From an uncultured Candidatus Saccharibacteria bacterium (GTDB lineage: Bacteria; Patescibacteriota; Dojkabacteria; JAHIVN01): a stretch of DNA of 12,779 nucleotides. The translations under genes were made by a program, and so were the position numbers. Shown piece after piece: positions 7,536 to 12,779 of the stretch. The DNA lies in the NCBI GenBank assembly GCA_964572065.1, contig CAZNER010000036.1:7289-20067 (forward strand), given 5' to 3'. The notes beneath the pieces were generated by a model. It was not told the DNA's origin. It saw only the letters and a program-made list of their open reading frames with translations, and searched no databases. Every line of letters begins with the position of its first letter. Positions within the stretch are counted from its first letter, which is position 1.

Positions 7536-8081
7536 TTAAATCACTTTATATTCTCCATATTTATTTAATCTACAATACTTACCCTTAATAGCTCTATATT
7601 GTTTCAATACTGAATTAGTAGATACAGGTGTAAATTGATTAACATCTACTCCAACGTTAATGATAGGAATGCTTGGATTACTCTTTAGAATCTTAAACTT
7701 CCATTTCTCATGAATATGACCACAGATTACAAAGTCACAGATAGGTAACACTTCTGGTGGATGATGTTGTACAAATACATCCTTACCACCAAAGAACATC
7801 ATAGCTTTATCAATATAGGTTTTAATACCATTATTCATATCATGGTTTCCTCTAATATGAACAATGTCTCCATTTAACATATTCTCAAATCTTTTACCAT
7901 TAAGTTGTCCTTTAAAAGCAAAGTCACCTACATGATATACTAAATCATCTGGAGATACTACACTATTCCATCTCTTAACAAGTTCCCTATTCATATGGTT
8001 ATTGTCTTTGAATGGTCTACTAGTATACTTAATAATATTATCATGATCAAAGTGACAATCAGCTGTAAAAAATATTTTCAT
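7536..8081 (-). CDS. calcineurin-like metallophosphoesterase (181 aa)
   Basis: Carries the metallophosphoesterase signature motifs in order: DCHFDHD, GDFAFKG, GNHD, HHPP and CGHIHE. Confidence 0.85.
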   Translation of the reverse strand: MKIFFTADCHFDHDNIIKYTSRPFKDNNHMNRELVKRWNSVVSPDDLVYHVGDFAFKGQLNGKRFENMLNGDIVHIRGNHDMNNGIKTYIDKAMMFFGGKDVFVQHHPPEVLPICDFVICGHIHEKWKFKILKSNPSIPIINVGVDVNQFTPVSTNSVLKQYRAIKGKYCRLNKYGEYKVI

Positions 8082-8276
8082 TTAATCACCATACTTTTCT
8101 TTATTCTTTATTATATCTATAGCAAAATCTAAACCATCAGCTATACCTTGTGAATAAGATGCTGAACCTATAAAGTTACCATTCCTAATAGATTCTTCTT
8201 CATAATGTTTTTTTAATCTCTTTAATTCTTTAAGACATCCTTTCATACATATTTTCCTTTGTTTATCTTTAACCAA
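8082..8276 (-). CDS. hypothetical protein (64 aa as tracked, likely 54 aa from the ATG at 8246)
   Basis: The tracked start at 8276 is TTG. An in-frame ATG at 8246-8244 overlaps the upstream TGA as ATGA, the junction style used throughout this window, and gives MKGCLKELKRLKKHY... Confidence 0.5.
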   Translation of the reverse strand: MVKDKQRKICMKGCLKELKRLKKHYEEESIRNGNFIGSASYSQGIADGLDFAIDIIKNKEKYGD

Positions 8277-8509
8277 ATAGCTTGAAAATCTTTATTGTCT
8301 TTAGCTTCACCAAATCTAAGTAAGCCTTTATCATATACTTCCTTTATCTCTTGGTATCTTTCTTTACTACTACCTGGATTGGGATTAGCTCCACACTCTG
8401 GACACTTAGTAGTTGGTACTCCATCATGAGCATCCATTGAACCCATAGGAGCTATATGATGCCATGACCAGAATCCGTATCCTAAACAAGCTTTACATTT
8501 CTTTTTCAT
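8243..8509 (-). CDS. zinc-ribbon-like protein (88 aa)
   Basis: Contains CKAC ... CPEC cysteine pairs. Confidence 0.55.
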   Translation of the reverse strand: MKKKCKACLGYGFWSWHHIAPMGSMDAHDGVPTTKCPECGANPNPGSSKERYQEIKEVYDKGLLRFGEAKDNKDFQAIWLKINKGKYV

Positions 8510-8523
8510 TTATATCATATCCA

Positions 8524-8709
8524 TTAATCAAAGAATAATAATTTCCCAGTATTTAATTTATGTATAAAATTCTCAACATCACACTTAAAGTAATTAGTTT
8601 TACCATCCTTACCTACTTCTACTGTTTGTCCTGTCATAAACTCACAAAATAATTCCCAGTTTTCTTCTCCTATTTTATCTAGAACTTGTTGTTTATTCAT
8701 TTCTATCAC
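8524..8709 (-). CDS. hypothetical protein (61 aa, or 58 aa from the ATG at 8700)
   Basis: The tracked start is GTG at 8709. The internal ATG gives MNKQQVL... Confidence 0.5.
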   Translation of the reverse strand: MIEMNKQQVLDKIGEENWELFCEFMTGQTVEVGKDGKTNYFKCDVENFIHKLNTGKLLFFD

Positions 8710-8793
8710 TTATTATTCTCTTACTACCAATAAAACTTCTTCTAGATTTTATTAATTGTCTATTTATACCGTAAGTTGATTTAATTCTTTTTT

Positions 8794-9276
8794 TCATTTT
8801 AAATTATCCCCTAAATCATCTTCCATATATAATTCATCTTTATCTTTCCTATCTTTAAATACTTTCTCTATAGATTTATCCCAACATTTCTTACATACTT
8901 GTCCTTCATCATCTGCAAGAACAGCATCACAATTTCTACAGTGTCTTGGTCTATTAATTAAATCCTCTGACCATCTATGAACATCAAACTCGTGTTCTCC
9001 ATTTGGAGATATTATTCTAAATACTGTTCCTCTATTATGTTCTACCCATACTAAACTAGTACAGTTACTTATACAATCAACTTCAAATACATTTAAGAAT
9101 CTCTTAATAAAATCTATATCTATTACATAACACATACCCTGACAAGTTCCAAAATAATCAAAGTTACCCTTCATAACTAATTGACCGTGATATTCAAATC
9201 CTATATCAGGATTCTCAAATCTAGCTAACTCCATCTCTGTATTCTCTTTCTTATATTTACGCTTTGGTGCTTTCAC
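8794..9276 (-). CDS. Cys-containing hypothetical protein (160 aa)
   Basis: A GTG start overlaps the upstream TGA as GTGA, with AGGAGA 11 nt upstream. The C-terminus carries HCRNC ... CKKC. Confidence 0.6.
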   Translation of the reverse strand: MKAPKRKYKKENTEMELARFENPDIGFEYHGQLVMKGNFDYFGTCQGMCYVIDIDFIKRFLNVFEVDCISNCTSLVWVEHNRGTVFRIISPNGEHEFDVHRWSEDLINRPRHCRNCDAVLADDEGQVCKKCWDKSIEKVFKDRKDKDELYMEDDLGDNLK

Positions 9277-9491
9277 TCTAATCTATCTCCTGAATATTTC
9301 TTGAATATATTTACCATAGCAATATATATTTCAAGTAAATCTCCTTCATCAAAGTTACCCCAATTATCATGTTGTCTCCACAAATCAAATAAAGCATCTC
9401 TTATATCTTTTTGTATTTTGTCATCTATTATAGATATCCCTTTTTCAAATTCTTGATTCGTCATTCTATAAATTCTCCTATTGAGTTGCAA
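9273..9491 (-). CDS. hypothetical protein (72 aa as tracked, probable start at 9464 giving 63 aa)
   Basis: The second ATG (MTNQEF) has TAGGAGA 7 nt upstream, and it overlaps the stop of the hand-found 9461..9607 ORF as ATGA. Confidence 0.55.
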   Translation of the reverse strand: MQLNRRIYRMTNQEFEKGISIIDDKIQKDIRDALFDLWRQHDNWGNFDEGDLLEIYIAMVNIFKKYSGDRLE

Positions 9492-9607
9492 GGTTTATGA
9501 TATTTGCTATCACATTTACAAGGTTCTCCTATTAGGTGCATAGGTGTTACAGATATAAACCCCCACATAGCTCCACATTTCTTACACTTAGTCCAATATA
9601 AACCCAT
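9461..9607 (-). CDS. small zinc-ribbon-like protein (48 aa), found by hand
   Basis: Translation is MGLYWTKCKKCGAMWGFISVTPMHLIGEPCKCDSKYHKPCNSIGEFIE*. TAATG overlaps the upstream stop, and ATGA overlaps the downstream start. Confidence 0.4.
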   Translation of the reverse strand: MGLYWTKCKKCGAMWGFISVTPMHLIGEPCKCDSKYHKPCNSIGEFIE

Positions 9608-9849
9608 TATATCACATCTCCAAAGCAATACTCAAAGAAACTAACTTTATGATTTATTTTCATACCTTCATAGAAATCACTATAATGTTTTGGTTGCTCT
9701 TCCATTAACTTTGCTGGATTATCTTTATATTTATTATAAAATTCAACAGCTGATTTGACATCGTTTTTAGTAAAATAAATGTGATTATCAATTGGGTCAT
9801 CTTCATCTACTCTTTCATCTATAATTTTCTCTCTTAAAGGTTCACACAT
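9607..9849 (-). CDS. hypothetical protein (80 aa)
   Basis: Complete ORF that overlaps the 3' end of the methyltransferase gene by 16 nt. Confidence 0.55.
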   Translation of the reverse strand: MCEPLREKIIDERVDEDDPIDNHIYFTKNDVKSAVEFYNKYKDNPAKLMEEQPKHYSDFYEGMKINHKVSFFEYCFGDVI

Positions 9850-11339
9850 AATTTCTCTCCTATAGCTTTTATTACATTCACCGTAACAGCATTACCTAAT
9901 TGTCGATATCTTTGTGTATCAGATATTAATATATCAGGTAGATTTCCTATTACAGTTTTCTTTATACCATAATCTTTCATAATTTTCTTACAATGTTCAC
10001 AACAATAATAATGTCCAATAAGATGCAGGGTTCCACCTTTAGCATTCTTACCAGCTTTCTTACAAGCTGAGACTTCTGCATGTTCTACTTGTCCACATAT
10101 CTCTTTACAGAGTTCGTAGCCTGTACCCGTCTTAAAACCAATCCTCGGGCATTTCTGTTGTGGTGTTAGACATTCATTGTAACCAAACCAATACTTACCA
10201 TTATTCTCTATGATAGCAACAACTGTTTGTTTAACACATCTTCCCTTAAAATTCATAATTGGGGTTCCATACTTAGTCCAATCATCTGGGAATCCTTGAA
10301 GTCTTTCACATTCAACGGGAGTTAATCTTCTTAGTTTATCATATTGATTACAGATATCCCAAGAGTGTCTATCTACGCTACTTCTTCCACCACTCCTTAC
10401 TGTCTTGGATATTATAACTCCATCTCTATCTTGGTTATTTAAAGTAAAGGTTGCTTCATCAGGCTCTTTAACCCATCTACCTTCTTGTCTTGGTTTTCTA
10501 TCGGGTGTCTTTACTGATCTAGCTACACCTTGATTCATACCAACATCAAGACAATAAGCTTCGTCTTCCTTACCTATAGTTCCATAACCACCAGGATAGG
10601 ATTTACCCTCTTCTCTAGCTTTAACCATACAAGGTCTATCTAATCCTCTCTTTTGTGTATTCATAACTATAGGTACATTGTGTCCACCTGTTCCCATATT
10701 TTGGGTTAAGGTTGGACTACCTTCATGTTCTCTTATTTCATTTGCTCTATGGGCTTTGTATGTTTTTCCTTTAGATACTTCTTGAATCTTTCTTGCATCT
10801 TCTCTGAAAGGTAATACTTGCTGTCTACTTCCTCCTCTAAGATATCCGATAATGAAGACACGTTCTCGGTTCTGGGGTACTCCGAAAAATTTGCTGTTAA
10901 GTACCATCCATTCAACTCTATACCCCAATTCATCCAACGTTTGAAGGATGACTTTGAAAGTTTCCCCTTGTTTGTGATTGAGTAACCCCTTGACGTTTTC
11001 AAGGAATACAATCTTAGGTTTTTTAGCTTTAATAATTCTTGCAATTTCAAAAAAGAGAGTTCCTCGGGTATCTTTAAAACCTCTCCGGTGTCCAGCAATT
11101 GAGAATGCTTGACAAGGAAATCCTCCACAGAGCATATCAAAGTCTGGTATTTCTTCTGGTTTGATTTTTGTGATATCTGTTGGTTCATAACATTCACCAT
11201 AATTTTTATTATATACTGATACTGCATACTTATCTATGTCACAGTACCATACAAATTTATATTTATCCGATGCTTCTTGTAGTCCCTTACGGAATCCACC
11301 TATACCACCAAATAAATCTGCTACTCTTATCTCATCCAT
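9834..11339 (-). CDS. DNA (cytosine-5)-methyltransferase with an inserted dCMP/cytidine-deaminase-like zinc domain (501 aa)
   Basis: The C5-MTase motifs are all present: I FGGIGG (residues 10-15), IV GFPCQAFS (catalytic C76), VI ENV (113-115), VIII QNRERVF (156-162), IX RRLTPVECERLQGFPDDW (337-354) and X QLGNAVTVNVIKAIG (480-494). Between motifs IX and X, at residues 366-465 (nt 9945-10244), sits VVAIIENNGKYWFGYNEC..C..C..CGQVEHAEVSAC..GGTLHLIGHYYCCEHCKKIMKDYGIKKTVIG. This matches the ComEB/dCMP-deaminase pattern GYNG ... HAE ... PCxxC ... GIKKVVY. Confidence 0.9.
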   Translation of the reverse strand: MDEIRVADLFGGIGGFRKGLQEASDKYKFVWYCDIDKYAVSVYNKNYGECYEPTDITKIKPEEIPDFDMLCGGFPCQAFSIAGHRRGFKDTRGTLFFEIARIIKAKKPKIVFLENVKGLLNHKQGETFKVILQTLDELGYRVEWMVLNSKFFGVPQNRERVFIIGYLRGGSRQQVLPFREDARKIQEVSKGKTYKAHRANEIREHEGSPTLTQNMGTGGHNVPIVMNTQKRGLDRPCMVKAREEGKSYPGGYGTIGKEDEAYCLDVGMNQGVARSVKTPDRKPRQEGRWVKEPDEATFTLNNQDRDGVIISKTVRSGGRSSVDRHSWDICNQYDKLRRLTPVECERLQGFPDDWTKYGTPIMNFKGRCVKQTVVAIIENNGKYWFGYNECLTPQQKCPRIGFKTGTGYELCKEICGQVEHAEVSACKKAGKNAKGGTLHLIGHYYCCEHCKKIMKDYGIKKTVIGNLPDILISDTQRYRQLGNAVTVNVIKAIGEKLCVNL

Positions 11340-11346
11340 CTAATCA

Positions 11347-11448
11347 CTAACATCTCATTTTTAACATTATAATATCAGCAACTCTCCATATCATTACTGT
11401 TGATATTACTGCTATCAATAATCTTTGTCCTATTTCAAATTCTATCAT
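11347..11448 (-). CDS. possible small single-TM peptide (33 aa), found by hand
   Basis: Translation is MIEFEIGQRLLIAVISTVMIWRVADIIMLKMRC*. GGGTGATAATATG provides the SD and start. Confidence 0.3.
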   Translation of the reverse strand: MIEFEIGQRLLIAVISTVMIWRVADIIMLKMRC

Positions 11449-11452
11449 ATTA

Positions 11453-11602
11453 TCACCCTAAACATTTGGTTATATTTCCAATAAGCCAACCAGTTGCAAG
11501 TGCCATTAAGAACATAACAACATAAAATCTATGTAACTTTTTATATTCTTGTAATGTCATTGTTGCAAATTCTATTCCACTTTCTCCTTTAACTACTTTC
11601 AT
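11453..11602 (-). CDS. possible small membrane peptide (49 aa), found by hand
   Basis: Translation is MKVVKGESGIEFATMTLQEYKKLHRFYVVMFLMALATGWLIGNITKCLG*. AGGAGT lies 7 nt upstream. The start is 1 nt after the NTase stop. Confidence 0.35.
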   Translation of the reverse strand: MKVVKGESGIEFATMTLQEYKKLHRFYVVMFLMALATGWLIGNITKCLG

Positions 11603-11603
11603 C

Positions 11604-12374
11604 TTATACTCCTAATACTTTATAAACATACTCTTGTAGTTTATGAGTCTTATTAAATTTCTTATTCATTATCTCTATATGTTCATCTAAGAAATCTTCT
11701 ATGTAACTCTCAAATTCATGTATGTGGGATATTATATCCTTTTCTCCACCTTGTTCCTTTATCTCTATAACTTCCCAGAGTTTATCCTTAACATCTTTAG
11801 GTAAGGATACTTTCTCTACGGTTTCTTTAAATCTTATAGGTGGTACTTCAAGATATTGTTCTACGTATTTAGCATTAACTAATCCTCTCATGGCATAAAG
11901 ATACTTCTTATGTGTCATTAGCTTTTCTGATTTGAGGTAATTAAGATAGTTATTCTTACACATACTCTTATAATGATAATATAATGATATTGGATTAAAG
12001 TGTTTATTCATTATCTTTTTTAAATGCTCCTTACTCCACCCATCTTCAGTATATATTATGTCACAGTTAAGCCACTCTATTACTGAAGGATTACTACTGT
12101 TCAGGAGTCTTATGAATTTGTATAAATCAAATCCAACAAAATCATATATTCCATCTGTCTTATCAATAACATCTCTTGGAGGATGAATTTTCAGATAATC
12201 TTTTTTATCTCTTACATACACAAACCTAATGTCATAGTCGGAGTCCTTACTCTCAATCCTCCAAGCTCTGCTACCTGATTCTACAGCAAATAATATTCTT
12301 ATATTATACTTTTGCTCCAAATCACCTAACGTATTTATAATATCATAGTCTATATCTATACTCCTTTCTGACAT
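11604..12374 (-). CDS. Pol-beta-superfamily nucleotidyltransferase (COG3541-like), 256 aa
   Basis: The N-terminal AVESGSRAWRIESKDSDYDIRFVY is the hG[GS]x9-13 D-x-D nucleotidyltransferase signature. It is characteristic of the predicted-NTase family that is often linked to RNA-repair and tRNA-related loci. Confidence 0.75.
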   Translation of the reverse strand: MSERSIDIDYDIINTLGDLEQKYNIRILFAVESGSRAWRIESKDSDYDIRFVYVRDKKDYLKIHPPRDVIDKTDGIYDFVGFDLYKFIRLLNSSNPSVIEWLNCDIIYTEDGWSKEHLKKIMNKHFNPISLYYHYKSMCKNNYLNYLKSEKLMTHKKYLYAMRGLVNAKYVEQYLEVPPIRFKETVEKVSLPKDVKDKLWEVIEIKEQGGEKDIISHIHEFESYIEDFLDEHIEIMNKKFNKTHKLQEYVYKVLGV

Positions 12375-12548
12375 CTATAGCTCCTCTATCATTCTTCTAT
12401 CCTTATAACATTTGTAACATTCAAACCAAACTTTTCTAGGGTTATTTAAACTCCTCCATGTATATCCTAATGTCTTATATTTTTTACATGTACTACATTT
12501 TTCTGGTGGATATACTATTGTTTTCTCTCTATTATTATTCATAATCAT
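12375..12548 (-). CDS. small zinc-ribbon-like protein (57 aa), found by hand
   Basis: Translation is MIMNNNREKTIVYPPEKCSTCKKYKTLGYTWRSLNNPRKVWFECYKCYKDRRMIEEL*. Its stop TAG abuts the NTase ATG as TAGATG. The start lies only 6 nt from the tRNA 3' end, so the true start may be the second ATG at 12542. Confidence 0.4.
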   Translation of the reverse strand: MIMNNNREKTIVYPPEKCSTCKKYKTLGYTWRSLNNPRKVWFECYKCYKDRRMIEEL

Positions 12549-12553
12549 ACTAA

Positions 12554-12627
12554 TGGCGAGGGTTGGATTTGAACCAACGTACCACGGGTTATGAACCCAT
12601 TGCCTGTTTCCTCTAGACTACCTCGCT
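12554..12627 (-). tRNA. tRNA-Met (anticodon CAU), with some initiator-like features
   Basis: The cloverleaf was read from the reverse complement. The acceptor stem is AGCGAGG/CCTCGCC, with A1 and C72 unpaired. The D stem is GTCT/AGGC. The anticodon stem is ATGGG/CCCGT, with three consecutive G-C pairs, and the anticodon loop is TTCATAA. The variable loop is GGTAC. The T arm is GTTGG-TTCAAAT-CCAAC. The discriminator is A, and CCA is not encoded. Confidence 0.8.
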
Positions 12628-12779
12628 ATCTCTTAAATTTTTTTCAAAGGTTTTAATTTCATCATTAATTAATATTGCCATAAATATTTTTTCTTTTTCA
12701 TAATCTATAACATGATAGATATATTTTATATTAATTGTTACCATCTAATAATCCCTTACTATATTACAAATAACTAAGC

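Noticed and set aside
8693-8797. 34-aa basic ORF (MKKRIKSTYGINRQLIKSRRSFIGSKRIISDRNE) overlapping the upstream stop as ATGA
   Set aside because: It is very short and low-complexity basic, and it overlaps the likely start region of the 8524..8709 gene. The 84-bp stretch is more likely a true intergenic or promoter gap.
9464-9491. First ATG (MQLNRRIYR...) of the 9273..9491 ORF
   Set aside because: The second ATG at 9464 has a strong TAGGAGA SD and forms an ATGA overlap with the hand-found 9461..9607 ORF. The first ATG lies inside that ORF.
10733-11227. 164-aa minus-strand ORF nested in the methyltransferase gene
   Set aside because: It is an out-of-frame overlap of a gene whose own frame carries every MTase motif. 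The alternative frame has no support.
12628-12757. ORF of about 43 aa on the minus strand running into the 5' end of the tRNA
   Set aside because: Its stop codon lies inside the tRNA, and it has no SD. It is probably the tRNA upstream/promoter region.
1-12779. CRISPR arrays, rRNA, integrase, transposase or IS elements
   Set aside because: No spaced direct repeats other than the gene-junction cassettes, and no recombinase-like ORF.

Overview
This is an AT-rich window (roughly 30% GC by eye). Every credible gene lies on the minus strand: about 40 ORFs plus one tRNA. Genes are packed head-to-tail with overlapping stop/start junctions (ATGA, TAATG, GTGA, TTGA) and SD sequences of the GGTGA/GGAGG type. 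This architecture fits an early or accessory region of a phage or prophage from a low-GC host. Recognisable products are: a flotillin-like SPFH/band-7 membrane protein with a long coiled coil (1016-2560); an HNH endonuclease (7154-7534); a calcineurin-like metallophosphoesterase (7536-8081); a Pol-beta-superfamily nucleotidyltransferase (11604-12374) sitting beside a tRNA-Met(CAU) with initiator-like features (12554-12627); and a 501-aa DNA cytosine-5 methyltransferase (9834-11339). The methyltransferase has a complete dCMP/cytidine-deaminase-like zinc domain (HAE ... CxxC) inserted between its motifs IX and X. There is also a tandem array of 8 or more small paralogous genes (about 3433-5506). 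They share MKFKKGDY-type N-termini and EEAMVELL-type C-termini, and their conserved 3' ends double as the ribosome-binding site and start of the next gene. Many tiny zinc-ribbon and single-TM ORFs are present, and several fall below the ORF-track threshold and were found by hand. No rRNA, CRISPR array, integrase or transposase was seen. All plus-strand ORFs in the track look like antisense artefacts.
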